Origin: Fidelibacterota bacterium | GTDB taxonomy: Bacteria; Fidelibacterota; Fidelibacteria; Fidelibacterales; Fidelibacteraceae | Reading direction: 5' to 3' | DNA: 64,000 nt | Assembly: GCA_029931905.1 (NCBI GenBank) | Contig: JAOZRH010000001.1 | Coordinates: 19,031-83,030 of the forward strand | Part shown: positions 34,849 to 47,642 of the stretch, in pieces | How the letters are laid out: every line of letters starts with the position of its first letter | Position numbering within the stretch: the first letter of the stretch is position 1 | The notes under the pieces: generated by a model | The model's database searches: none | Told to the model about the DNA's origin: nothing | Seen by the model: the letters and a program-made list of their open reading frames with translations, nothing else | Made by a program: the position numbers and the translations under genes

Positions 34849-35460
34849 TTAACCACTAATAAGAGTTTTTGATAATGAATATACTTTATCTTGTGCACTA
34901 ACATGTAATGCAATTAATTTATTTCCTAATGAACCCCTTGCAAGGGCGGGGTAATATAATTTATAATTGTGAGAAGACGTTATTGACATTGTTGGATATT
35001 TTGTTGCTTGTCCCTTATTAGTATCTTGTACAATATTTATTATATTATCTGAACCAATATCTTTACCAGATTGTTTAGATACCAATAACATTTCTTTTGG
35101 TGAATATAAATTGTAAATAAAAGAATTTAAAATTTGTTCTGCAGGATAATAAAATTCATTATACTATATTGGTACTGGATCAAGTCCACCAGTATTAATA
35201 GCAGTTTCATCATCACGAACAATACCAGATGCTTTAAGTGTAATTGTAGTATTTAAAATATTAGGTCTAAATCGGGATGCCAAATATGATTGAACACCCC
35301 CTACACCAATATTCATAGAAAATTGAGTACGTTTATACATTCGAACATATGATAATGATTTAGTTATAAAGCTATTTGAATTCGATGCATTATACTTTTG
35401 TACTGTTTTATTTTTTAATTGCTATTTATCAATAAGTTCTGATTCGTCGTAAATTCCCAT
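34849..35460 (-). CDS. hypothetical protein, 203 aa, 2 in-frame TAG
   Basis: ATG at 35460 preceded by TAAGGGAAACTAA. In frame with track ORF 34849..35091. TAA stop. Confidence 0.75.
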
Positions 35461-35470
35461 TTAGTTTCCC

Positions 35471-36655
35471 TTAAAGATTATTTACTGCAACAAAATCGTT
35501 TTCATCAAACATAATATCATTGAAAGTAATAAGGTTTTTTGATATCAACACTTTAAATAAATCATATTGACTTGCATTTTTAAAACTTGCTAAGTCATAT
35601 GTTTTATAAAGTACAAATTCGTCCATATTATTAAGACTAATATCAGAGCTAGATGAAGACTATACACTTTCAAGTGTAAGTGTGTTATTTGTTAAATTAA
35701 TTACTTTTCCAACAGCAATAATGCTATCTTCATATACATTTTTTATATAAACCAATTTATCAACTGGGAATTTACTAAGTGTTATTTTTTCATATAATGT
35801 TAAATCATAATTTCCGGTTGGTGTAATTATTTTATCAGCACTAACGTTAATGTGATAGTTTACATTGATATCATTTTTATCAAGTAAATATTGTAATTCT
35901 CCAGTATCAACATAAATCAAAAATTTTAAACTAATCGTTGAATCATTTATCACACTAAATGCTTTATTCTTTGTGGAATATGTATCATTTCCCATATTTT
36001 CATCAACATAAACTGAAATGGGTATAGTATTATTACCAATGTTAATATCAATGGTTGCTGGCTTATAATTTAGTTTATCATTTAATATACTAAAATGTTT
36101 TATATATGATGGTAATTTAACACTACGAGATGCTTTACCATCTGATTTGGCATTCTAATTCACATCATTGATAGTAACACCAAGTAATTTAGATTCTAAC
36201 ATTATCTGTTGTTCAGCTTTAGATAGTATACCATCCATATTTTCATTTTCATAATCTAAAAACATTTGTGGATGAACCGACATAAAATCAACATTGGAAT
36301 CATTACTACAACCAGATGAACATGCAAATTCGGATTTTTTAAAAGAAAAACTTCTAATGAAGTCTTGTTTTATTTCAATGCGGGCAAGATTGCTACCAAT
36401 AAGTTCAAGTTCAATGTTATTACATATATGACCACCAGCATCAGTCCAATCTGTTTCAAATGCAGCATTTTGCTGATCGAACTTATACAAAATATCAAGC
36501 ATAGATTGGTTGAAGCATAAAAGTAAGCTACTTGTTCCCGATATACTTGCACCATTTTCATTTTCCTGTTGCATATAATAGGAAATGTCAAGCCAATCTA
36601 TATCACCTAAGACTGTGTTCAAAAAAGATTGTTTATTCTTTAAATTAAATTTCAT
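35471..36655 (-). CDS. hypothetical protein, 394 aa, 2 in-frame TAG
   Basis: Track ORFs 36155..36655 and 35660..35995 share a frame and are joined by TAG. The frame continues past TAG 35660 to TAA at 35471-35473. Confidence 0.8.
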
Positions 36656-36668
36656 TTATCAATACCTA

Positions 36669-37613
36669 TTACAAGATTAAATACATATAATCACTTTCAA
36701 CATTGTCATCCTGATCATATATGGTTGATTTGTCTTTTAGAGTTAATTGGAATACCAAGATTAATTTGTCTTTATCATATGATCTTGTATATTTAGTATG
36801 TTGATTAATTGTGTTAGTATTAAAGGTATATACATTTGTTTTTAAAAGTTGTTGTGTATAATGTGGCAATATTTTAGTTTGTAAAGATTTAAGTACACCA
36901 ATTATTCTATCATTTGATTCCAATGGTTTATTGGTTGCATTTTCTCCACTTTTAATGTCTGTGGAATATATATATTTGAAATCATTATAATCAAATGTCC
37001 ATATATTAAGATAAAATTTATCAATAATATTTGCGAATAATTTATTATCATTGGTAACTGCAAAATCAAATGTTACACCAATAGTAGTATCTGTTTCAGT
37101 TAATGTCACTTTTTCTAAAAAGTATTCTACGAAACTTCCATTATTATTAATATATTCAGTGTATTCTGATCTTTGTTGTCTTATATAATCAACTAATCCA
37201 TTGTTCTCATGCATGAATCGTTCATAATATGTATTATGTAGAATAGTAGGAGATGTATTCAAAAGTGAATATGGTGAAGTTCCAGTAATAATATCAATGA
37301 GTTTTAATGTGAATCGGTTACTTTCTATATGTGCTTCAATAATAAATACAGCATTATTATCATGGGTATATAGTAGATCACCAACATTAAACATTGAATT
37401 TATGTTAGATAGTGGGAATATATAGCAATTTATACTATCACCCTTTACCATATCAACAAAGTCAGTATTATCATCAGGTTTAGTATCCAATGTGATTATA
37501 ACTGAAAACTGTAATAGGTTTTCTTTGCAGGTAGCATAGATACTGTCATCAATTCTATTACTAAACCCAAGCTCTTTAAAATTCTGATTTATTAGCAAAT
37601 TGTATTTTTTCAT
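36669..37613 (-). CDS. hypothetical protein, 314 aa
   Basis: Track ORF with ATG preceded by TGGTAGAAATTA. TAA stop, no in-frame TAG. First gene of this minus-strand block. Confidence 0.8.
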   Translation of the reverse strand: MKKYNLLINQNFKELGFSNRIDDSIYATCKENLLQFSVIITLDTKPDDNTDFVDMVKGDSINCYIFPLSNINSMFNVGDLLYTHDNNAVFIIEAHIESNRFTLKLIDIITGTSPYSLLNTSPTILHNTYYERFMHENNGLVDYIRQQRSEYTEYINNNGSFVEYFLEKVTLTETDTTIGVTFDFAVTNDNKLFANIIDKFYLNIWTFDYNDFKYIYSTDIKSGENATNKPLESNDRIIGVLKSLQTKILPHYTQQLLKTNVYTFNTNTINQHTKYTRSYDKDKLILVFQLTLKDKSTIYDQDDNVESDYMYLIL

Positions 37614-37697
37614 TAATTTCTACCATTTTTATTAATCAATCTTTTTTTAATAAATTAATTAAAAAAAAAGGATTAATTTATATAAAAGGTTTACTAT

Positions 37698-38555
37698 ATG
37701 AATGTTACAACGTCAAATGTGTCCATTAAAGAAATTAATAACAATTTTAATAAAATCATTTCTTTAACCGATACAGTTTCGTAGACAAAAAATAATGATA
37801 CCAATGAAGTTATTGAGACTATTCAGGAGATTACAGTCAATGAGCCTATTGATAGTAATACAGGAATGGTTCCAAATCTTGACCCTATAACATTTGTAGA
37901 TGAAAAAGCATTAAAATTACGAACAAATACTAATTCTGATAGTAGAGGAATATATAGATATAATAGAATTAAAACTGAGAATTATTTATCTATAGAAGCA
38001 AGACGAACACCAGAGTTAATAAATCTTATTAGATTGTCAGCATTATCAAATACTTCCATTGATATACTGGATGACTTTGGAAGTATTATTAAAACAATTG
38101 ATGATGTAAATACTCTATTATTTTCATCTGATATATTATCACATATAATTAAAAATACCAATAATACATTTGATAATAAAGAATTAGAGAATTATGTATT
38201 GTTACCAAAGAATCAGGTGCCACTTAGTATAAATGGTACTGATATTAAAATTTTAGATACTATGTCATTGGAATTTTTATTTATAACATTGGCAAATATA
38301 AATTAGGAAAACATTTTAATAGAACAAAAGAAATCTGGATTAACCAAAATATACAGACTTGGTATTTCTTTAAGATTTAATATTGATAATATTAAAAATT
38401 TCCCAATACAATTTCCGTGGATTAACACAAACTTTAGTGGTGCATCCATTTTAAGTGAACCACTTAATATTGCGGTATTTATTAAAGTTACTGGAATAGA
38501 TTTATTAGAGAAGTTTGACAATGGTGAATTAACAAAGATATTTTTATATATATAA
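37698..38555 (+). CDS. hypothetical protein, 285 aa, 2 in-frame TAG
   Basis: ATG at 37698, in frame with track ORF 37866..38306. Continues past TAG 38304 to TAA at 38553-38555. Confidence 0.75.
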
Positions 38556-38566
38556 GGAATGATTAT

Positions 38567-38977
38567 ATGATTTTTTTTAACAATTCGACACTTGATGCAT
38601 TTGTATATGGTAACATAATCAAAGCAGGTGATGTATTTAGAATACATAATTTTAATTTGCTGATTAATATTATTAGGGGAAAAATTACAACCCCTGATAT
38701 TATTGGATAGCTTAATAAAATATTTACACCAATAAATCCAAAATTAGAGAATAAGGAACAGATTGAATGTATTAAGTTTGTTTCTATTTATGATAATATA
38801 ATGGTAACTAAGTTTGAAACTACAGATAAATTGATGATATATAATAATTCAATTTTATCAAGTGCAGATTTTGAAAATATGGTATTAAGTAATAAAATTT
38901 CAGCACAAGAACTATTAATAGTGGAATCAACTGTTCAATATACATAGGGTACATTAGAGAATGAGACACTTAGTTAA
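38567..38977 (+). CDS. hypothetical protein, 136 aa, 2 in-frame TAG
   Basis: ATG at 38567, frame open except for TAG, TAA at 38975-38977. Absent from the track because TAG splits it below 60 aa. Confidence 0.55.
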
Positions 38978-40787
38978 AGTTATATATGACATTTCTAATA
39001 ATAGAAGGGTTACAGTAGAAGTATCACCGGGCACATTTGGTACAGATGATTAGCTAACACAAAAGTTTTTTCCAGCAGATACAAGTGAAGTGTACTTTTA
39101 TTCATCTGCCCCAATTGTAGATGATCCAGATGAATGGTCAGATGAATCAAAATATTATTATTAGAAAACAAAACCATCTGGACAAGTTTATTCATTATTA
39201 AAATCAGAAGTTGAAGTTGGTATAGACCCATTATCAAATATTAATCCAACTAATGTAATTTCTGGAATTATTCCTATATTAGAAACTGCATACTATTCTG
39301 CAGCAGATCTTAAAAACTTTGGATTTCGTTATGGTTTAATTTATAAAAATTCAATATATGAAAGCCAAATGAGTCAACTTAGTACTGAAATGTTGACTGA
39401 TATTTGGGCTGGGGAAGAATGGGTGGTATCTATAAATAAACAGCGTAGTTTAGAAGACTACATATTTGTTGTTCGTGGAAAAGTGTTACAAGAAAAAACT
39501 GATTACAATTTTTCAGATAAAGGTGTATCAATTATTGGAACAAAATATCATTCACCAAATTTATACAATATTGATTATTATAATGATACGATTATACCAA
39601 CATTAACCAAATCGACTGCAAATCAAGAAAATGGAAGGTTACTTGTTACTGGTGGATTTATTGGATTAGCACCAGAAATTGGCGAAGTTGATTTATTATT
39701 TGAATCAATAACAGAAGATAAATTTATTTATGAATATGAGGGAATAGATCCTTTGATATCAGAACACCATTTAAAAGTGACAAAAGTTATGCCACTTGGT
39801 ATTAATCAAAATAATTTTCGAATTATTGTATAGGTTACTAATAAGGATACAGTATCTGCCGTACATATTGTTAATTATGTTGGTTCTGGTGGACCCCATG
39901 ATGGACCAGATGACACGGGGAATGGTCATATTGCAATAAGTAATAGGTATACATCATATGGCTATACTAAACAAAGTGTGGGAGATGTATCATTTTATAA
40001 AATGAGAACCAAAGTAAACTATAATATAGAGAGTTGTATTCAAGTATCATATGCAGGAATGACGTTTACATATCCATGTTCAAAAGGAATGGGAAGCTTT
40101 GAACAATTGCATAGAGCATTGTCAATGGGAAATATGTCTGCACTTGTCAAACAATTTAGAAGTAGTCCAGATATCATAGGACTTGATACGGGTGAGACAT
40201 CATCATATGAAATTTCATTAGGTGGAAGACTATGGAATTTGGCAGAGATTATAGAAATAACACATGATTCCGGTAATGCTACCGGTATAGGAAGACTTGG
40301 AGATCTTGGATGTTATGACATTACATCATAGGTAAATGCAACAATAAATGAAGTAACAACAAATAAAATACATTCAACGCACATACCAAATGGTAGGAAT
40401 AGATCAGTTGTAAATCAAATTTCTACTAAAGTAACACCAATAGGAATTGATGTTGATGAAAAAACAGTTTTGGGTGGTGGTATACAATTAAAAACAGAAG
40501 TTCATCCAGATAGTGTTGTTAAAATTGTATTAGGGGAATCTGGATTAATAAAAAATATTAATGTTGAAGGAACATTTGCTACAGTAGGTGAGTTAGAGAT
40601 TGTGGCTGAAAATTTTTATGAAAACAATAAGTCACTGAATACAATAACAATTACTACAAAAGGTTATATTGATCCAAGTCAAGATCTTGGTTCTTTATTA
40701 AATGTAGATGATTATGTTATAGACAAAGTAACGTATGATTATGCATCCAATGGAACAATCATTGTATGTAAGGCAATAATTGACTAA
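38961..40787 (+). CDS. hypothetical protein, 608 aa, 4 in-frame TAG (start approximate)
   Basis: Track ORFs 39369, 39978 and 40470 share one frame and are joined by TAG. The frame is open upstream to ATG 38961. TAA stop. Confidence 0.75.
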
Positions 40788-40814
40788 ATTAATTAAATAA
40801 AAAAGGAAATATAC

Positions 40815-41960
40815 ATGTTAATTAGAACACAGGGAAATGTTAATGATACGTTTGACAGTCCATTATAGATGGATTGGAATGATATAATATTTTGTAATGA
40901 AGGTGGGAAACAGAATATGTCATTGGCTGCAAAGAATATTCCACCCATGGTAAGTGGATCTATTCCAAGTGAAATATAGATCAGAAACACACTTGATTCA
41001 GAATTATATTATAAAATAAGAAGCTTTGATTCAATCTGTTATTCAAATATGGGATGTACGGTTGAAACTCCATTATTTAGATTTCAGGTTATATATGATG
41101 GATATGATTTCTTATATTATCCAGAATTCAAGTTATATGAAAGACCATATCTTGTATTAGAAAGAAATTATTCAATTGGTACTGATAGTCTGACATTTTC
41201 GGGATTAGAATCATCTACACATGATAATGCAGACAATATTCCTCTTATTAATGTTGGTGATATTCTAAGATTTCTTGATACCGGTGATTCATATACTATT
41301 ACACAGCGTGAAATAATTGGAACTGATACAGTATACATATTTAATTCTCCATTAAGCATGGAACACCTTATAAATGACGTTCTTGTGGTTGAAACTAAAA
41401 AGTATGTAGAAAAATCTGACTCTAATATAATGGATAATACATCAACATCATGCTTTAAATTTAAATTTGTTGATCCTACATCAATGAATGCAAAAGATTA
41501 TGCAGTTACAATAGATGCACAATTGAGCACAGAATTTTCAACATTAACGAATGATAATTTTTCTGATATCACTGATATATGGGGTGATGATAAAATTGTA
41601 TCATTATCACATTCAATGGAAATAGATGCTGCTACAATCGTTATGAATAATGACATTGACACAGTTGATGATGAAATTGAATTTAATGAAGAAATTGTAT
41701 CATTATTAGAAATTAATTCATATTTTTCATTAAAAAATCCTACTACAGTTGAAATTGTAAGGGTGGTTGAAATCCTAAGTAATATTCGTGTTAGAGTAAT
41801 GAGAGCACAATTGGAATCAATTGCAGGTGATTTTACTGCTGCAGGTACTACAATTTATTTTCCTAAAAACATTTATTTTTGGATGATGCCAGTAAATAAT
41901 TATATTGATTTCAGATATATCATTTATAGAAATATTGATTTTGTATTAACATGGGTTTAA
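40815..41960 (+). CDS. hypothetical protein, 381 aa, 2 in-frame TAG
   Basis: ATG at 40815 preceded by AAAGGAAATATAC. In frame with track ORF 41049..41960. TAA stop. Confidence 0.75.
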
Positions 41961-41966
41961 TTTTAA

Positions 41967-43856
41967 ATGGATATACAATACCAACCAAATGACAATCTTG
42001 TATTAGATAGTACAATAAATGAAGAATATAGTAATTGGTCACCAACTACTATTATTGAAGAAATTATTAAACCAGATCTATCTAAAGAGTATACGATTCA
42101 ATATAATGAAGAATATCCTAATGGGTCTGACATAACATTTATTGACACTACTGGTACGATTATATATGTGGATGAAGAAGAAACCACACCACATCATAAG
42201 ATTACATCTGGTACGGTTACCATATTAAAGATTCCGTTTATTAATGATAAAATAAAAGAAGTGGCAGATATATATTTTACAGAAACAGAAGAAAAATATA
42301 GATTGACAGATTGTCAATTAAAACTTACATCTGCCAAAGCTGCTGCATATGACGAAAATCTACTACTTTTACATGAAAAGATTTATAACACAGAAGATGC
42401 TAATATAATAGACTATATATTAGATCCTGATTCTGATTTTGAATCACATGAACAAATTTATATATAGGACAGTTTATAGGGATCAGTACAACGTGATATA
42501 TATTTATCCCCAAGACCCGAATAGGTACCATCTTATATATTTGAATGTATAGATAGTACAGGTATTGCCACATATAAACAAATATATTTAGAAGAATTAC
42601 CACAGTCATTTGGAACACTAAGTAATTATTATGAATTCAAAGTAAATGATATGACATCATATGATTCAACTTCTATGGTAGATATCACAGAATTACCAAT
42701 GATTATGAAATCTCCAATATTTCAGAGATATTGTATAGAAGTATTTAGTTTATATACAGAGATTAACATTTTGATGTTAATTGATAATGTAGAAACTGAA
42801 CCAACATTTCAAGAAGATGTAATTTTTTAGGAAGAGGAATTTTTATAGAAGTGGACTGGGTGTTGTATATTTCAAATAGATGTAGAGCTTGATCAATTAC
42901 AGGCTATAAAAGATAGATATTCAGAATCTCTTGTTATATTATCAATTTCTGGTAGTGAATTTGTTGCATATTATGACATTGATACAATGAACATGCAAGT
43001 TAAAATTGCAAATAATGATACCGAATTTAATTTAGTAAATGTTACAGATAATTAGCTTAGATTCAATTCAACAAATTATTTCAATTTAAATAATAATATC
43101 ACAGTCTTTCCATTTGAATATACAGATGAAACTACTGTTCCTGTAAAATTTATATTACCAAATGTAATGAATGGTAAGGTATTTACATTAAAAGATGTTG
43201 GTATGACAATTTCCCGTAAACAAAAAACACATAATCATAGATCATTAGTATATTCAGAAATTGCAGAAATAAGAAGGGATATTCGTCTTGAGAAATATTA
43301 TGTCACAGAGCTACCATATACAATCTCCACTGATGTAATCATTAATCTTAATTTATTAAATAGTTCTAAATTCTTTTAGGAAGAAACAACTATTACTGGA
43401 TTGATGGAAGGAGATATATTACATGCACTTGATTTAATTAAGAATGTGACGGTTGATTTATTTTATAGAAATATTAATACAATTGATACATTCTTTTATA
43501 TAAAATTTACAAATGATCAGACTATATAGTATTTAAAACGATTTTTAGAGAATGATGTTATACTAAACATTCTTAATACAATGTCAATTAGTGTCAATTG
43601 TATTAATGAATCTGGCACCATGATCAAAGAAATGATTTATTTAGATTTTGATAATATTGTTACACGATATGTTACTGAGATTGATATTGTATATGTAGTC
43701 AAGTACACAACCCAAAATCAAATTATTAATATTAATGGAATTTTTGATAAACGGACTATTGATATGTTAAAATATCAAGTAGAAAAACCTACATTGTCGG
43801 ATTCATATATCCCTACTGATATGATCATAGTCAATAATACTCAAAAAACAAATTAA
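41967..43856 (+). CDS. hypothetical protein, 629 aa, about 8 in-frame TAG
   Basis: Track ORFs 41967, 43167 and 43581 share one frame. The 700-nt gap at 42468-43166 contains only TAG stops in that frame. TAA stop. Confidence 0.8.
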
Positions 43857-43890
43857 TTAAACATAATACAAATATTAAAGGCAAATATTA

Positions 43891-45132
43891 ATGAGAGTAT
43901 ATTATGAAAAATTAATCAATCCCATTGAACAGACTTATGAAAATAAAAGTACTGTTGAAAATGTATTGTTTTTGGAAGACATTGTAAAGGATATTAGTAA
44001 GGACATATATGTTCAATACAAATCCGTTGATTCCAATACAATAAATTATGAATATGGAAATCTTGAAATAGAAGGAGTAATCAAAACAAAGAACCATATA
44101 TATTTCATGAATTGGCACAAAGGTACATATTATAACTATGGGACATTTGATAATTTAAAAGAGAATACCATAAAGGTTATGGTAGCCAATAGTAATCTAA
44201 CGAATGGAGACTATGCAATTAACGTATATGTTAATGATGTATTGGTAGAAGAACACACCTTCACAGACCTATATTCTTTATATAATAGAAAATTTATAAC
44301 AATTGATTCTGTTATTCTTGGAACACAATTGACAATCACTTAGCCATTGAAGCTGAATACTGGTGAGTTTGTGACCTATAAAGTGTATACCATAAATATC
44401 ACATCTGAACCCGCAATGCATAGATTTCTTGCAACATTCGATTCAATAAATAATGCTATAATATTTGATAGAAAATATTTTGATTCTGAGATAAGTATAA
44501 TTCTACAAACATGTGGGTCAATATTAAGATCATCTACGATCAATGATCTATATAGATTAAATGCTGGTAGCTTTGTTCAATATGATGAAGCAACTAATAT
44601 GATTACAATTCCAAATGAGCAGGTATATAAGACTGGCAACACTATAAAATATATCAAGACACAGGATGTATTACTTGATCCACAATTTATGGATGCTGGA
44701 TATAACTTAATTGGTATATACTTGGATACATCTGATCAGTTAGCATATGACATTGTAACAAGTGATGCAAGTTATTCAACTCTTATTGCAAGTACAAATA
44801 ATTATCAACTTGATTTAGTAAAACAAGCGCGATCATATGTTGGTTTTATAATTGGATTAAATAACATTTCAAAATTCATTCCAACTGATGTATGGCTTTA
44901 TAATGTTGGTACTGGTGATGGTGGTGGTGGTGGTTCGGCAAAAATCGTTCAAGATTTTACAAACTTAGAAGAATTGAATATAGATTTTGTTGCAGCAACT
45001 CAAGTCCCAATGATTCAGGTATATGATGAAAATGGTGATATTGTTGAACCTGAGAATGTACATTATAATTTAAATAATAAAATCACAATTACGTTTGGGG
45101 CACAATTAACAGGATAGGTTGCAATCATATGA
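43891..45132 (+). CDS. hypothetical protein, 413 aa, 2 in-frame TAG; Gly-rich linker GTGDGGGGGS
   Basis: Track ORFs 43891 and 44347 share a frame. The TGA at 45130-45132 overlaps the next ATG (ATGA). Confidence 0.8.
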
Positions 45133-46751
45133 AACATTTAGGTTTACATGAATTTCCACAGAATATGACCGCACATGATGCACTTGTGTATAGTGTAGCA
45201 TTAATGGATAAATTAAATATCCCATTTCATAAATCCCTAAGTGGTTTTGAATTTGGGGATTTATTTACAGAAAGTAATGTTGTTAAATTTGTTAATAACG
45301 AAGGTGATATCAATCCATTACTTGATCTTAATAATGATGACCTTATTAAAAGTTTATTATTAAGTGAGATGATGTTCGATGACTTCTTTAACTATGGTAC
45401 AGAATTACAAAATTCAAATTCATTTCATACTAAACTTGAATTAGAGCAAGATGTATTTCAACATGATATTAACTTTGTAACCGATGCCACCGTGTATGTG
45501 GATAGTACAACATCAGTTAATATAATTGAATTAAAATTTGATGATAATGCAATGGCAACATCAATAGGAACAACCCTTACATTATATTTGTCATCTGGAT
45601 TACCACTATTTACAAAATTTAATGATTCTGTCGATTCTACTGTCATAGAACTAATGATAACATTTACTTCAGTTGATATAGTTGATGATGTTGTTATATT
45701 AGTGATGTCAGATTCTATCACAATTGACACACTATTGTCAACTGATAGTATCGAAATCATCACATTTAAATTCATTGATGTATTAACAGAAGATCCAACA
45801 ATTACATTACCTCCACATTATCACACTTTATCACAAATAAGTAATTTGGTAGAACAAACAAATGTAGAAGATGGGTATCTCAAGTTTAGTGGGACAGATA
45901 TTAAATTTGGATTTGATTGGTCATTGTAGTTAGATAAAGGAAGGATTGTAAATTCTGTATTTGAAAAAAATTAGAGTCGCCAATTAGAACGAGAAACGCA
46001 TTTCGTGGTAAATTCCAGCAATAGTACATTTGAAGACTCTGTTGGGTATACATTAACGGAAATTGATTTAGGTGGTGGTGTATTTATAAATGAATATGAT
46101 TCAACATCAGTTGATATTATTTTGAGAGACAAAATTGAACTCATTACAAATCGTGGTTGGCTTGCTGCAAACAATACAGTAACATCATTATCAGATTTTA
46201 CAAATTTTCAAAATAGTTATTTGGTTGAAATCGTTGAATTTAATTATGATTATATTTTTGGAATAGAAAATACTGAAAATGTTGGATCTCTCATTAATGT
46301 TAAATATGAATAGGTTGATAAGACTTCAATCAATACTATTACATCATATGAAATTGATATTGATTTAAATAAAATTACAGCAATTGCCGGGTATTAGGAT
46401 ATAACCATTATTCAACCAAACATTAATACCATTCCAACCACGGCATCTCAATATTTTCCTATAATGAAAGATGCTAAATCAGATATATTATTAATAAAAC
46501 CAACTAAGTTTGAAAATAACAATTCTGATACGAGATTGAATTTAGTAGATAGAAGTCTATTATCAGTCACCTTAAATGATTCCACTAATACAACAATTGA
46601 ATTAATGATTGAAGAATTTGATTATATTTTAAATGTATAGACTACTGTAATGGAAACATTCACAACTGACACTAAGATTATATTAGACGCTGGTATGTAC
46701 AAAATAAAAACAAACACTGACATGTACACATATAATGTCATTTATTATTAA
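45129..46751 (+). CDS. hypothetical protein, 540 aa, about 5 in-frame TAG
   Basis: Track ORFs 45129 and 46005 share a frame. The frame continues past TAG 46311 to TAA at 46749-46751. Confidence 0.8.
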
Positions 46752-46765
46752 GGGAAAAAAATCAT

Positions 46766-47599
46766 ATGGCAACTTTAATGGTTAAAAAAATAGACAATCC
46801 AATCATTGTTATATCCGGTGATCATGGTACGGGAAAATCATATATACATAGTAGAATATCAAAATATATTCAATCATCTGTTAGTTTAAACAAATTTGAT
46901 TTTATAACACGTAAATTGTTGTATATTATGAATATACATCCATTACAAATTGGATATGTGTTGGTTGATTCTGATACAATTGATCGAGAACTATATCAAT
47001 CTAATTCTAAAATGATATATTTACGTGATCAAATTGCTAAAGATAAGATGATATCTCCTGCAATGGTATCGTATTTTATAGAGCATATTATGGGAGTGAG
47101 TCCAAGTGTATACACTACTGATGATATGAATGCAGTTAGAATATTTATGAATGAATTATATATTGCTAAAAATGAAATGTCATTAAAAATAAAGTTTTAT
47201 GAACTGACAAAGCAAATATTTAACACTATCATTATTAAAGGATTTAGATAGAATATTAAAGAAAATGTATTTAGTTATCTTGATAGTAGATTTCCTGATT
47301 TTAAAACAATATATGATGTTCATCAGAAACGTATAGTTTATTATGCATATGGAATAAATGAATTATTATATTTCCAAGAACGCTATAATGCAAAGAGTAT
47401 TTTCGTTACAATGAAAAGTCATATCCAATCTCAGTTGTTATTAAAGAATGGGAGATATGAAAGTGTGGATGATATTATTACACATGCACAAAAAGAAAAT
47501 GTTCAACAAATGCGAGTTGCCAGTGATTTTGTTGTGGAAAATGATCTCGAAATGGATCAAAAGTTAATCAATAAGATCATGGGTGCTATAAATATATAA
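46766..47599 (+). CDS. P-loop NTPase/kinase-like protein, 277 aa, 1 in-frame TAG
   Basis: N-terminal Walker A VISGDHGTGKS. Track ORFs 46766 and 47411 share a frame and are joined by TAG. TAA stop. Confidence 0.7.
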
Positions 47600-47610
47600 T
47601 AGAACGAAGA

Positions 47611-47633
47611 AAATGCCCTCTTAAAGGGCATTT
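47611..47633. terminator. bidirectional hairpin terminator between convergent gene blocks
   Basis: 9-bp stem AAATGCCCT/AGGGCATTT with a 5-nt loop and T-rich flanks on both strands. It lies between TAA 47597-47599 (+) and TAA 47643-47645 (-). Confidence 0.65.
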
Positions 47634-47642
47634 CTCTTTAAA

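Noticed and set aside
37641-37670. A/T-only palindrome TTTTTTTAAT...ATTAAAAAAA in the divergent region between 37613 and 37698
   Set aside because: It is made up only of A and T in an AT-rich intergenic region, so a stable structure is unlikely. It may simply be promoter or UP-element-like DNA, and I found no second instance.
45458-45775. Antisense ORFs opposite large genes (45458..45775, 45971..46174, 48025..48249, 50820..51005, 56658..56876, 59690..59911, 61986..62282, 62334..62612 and others)
   Set aside because: They are shadow ORFs inside genes whose frames are supported by multi-ORF, same-frame continuity.
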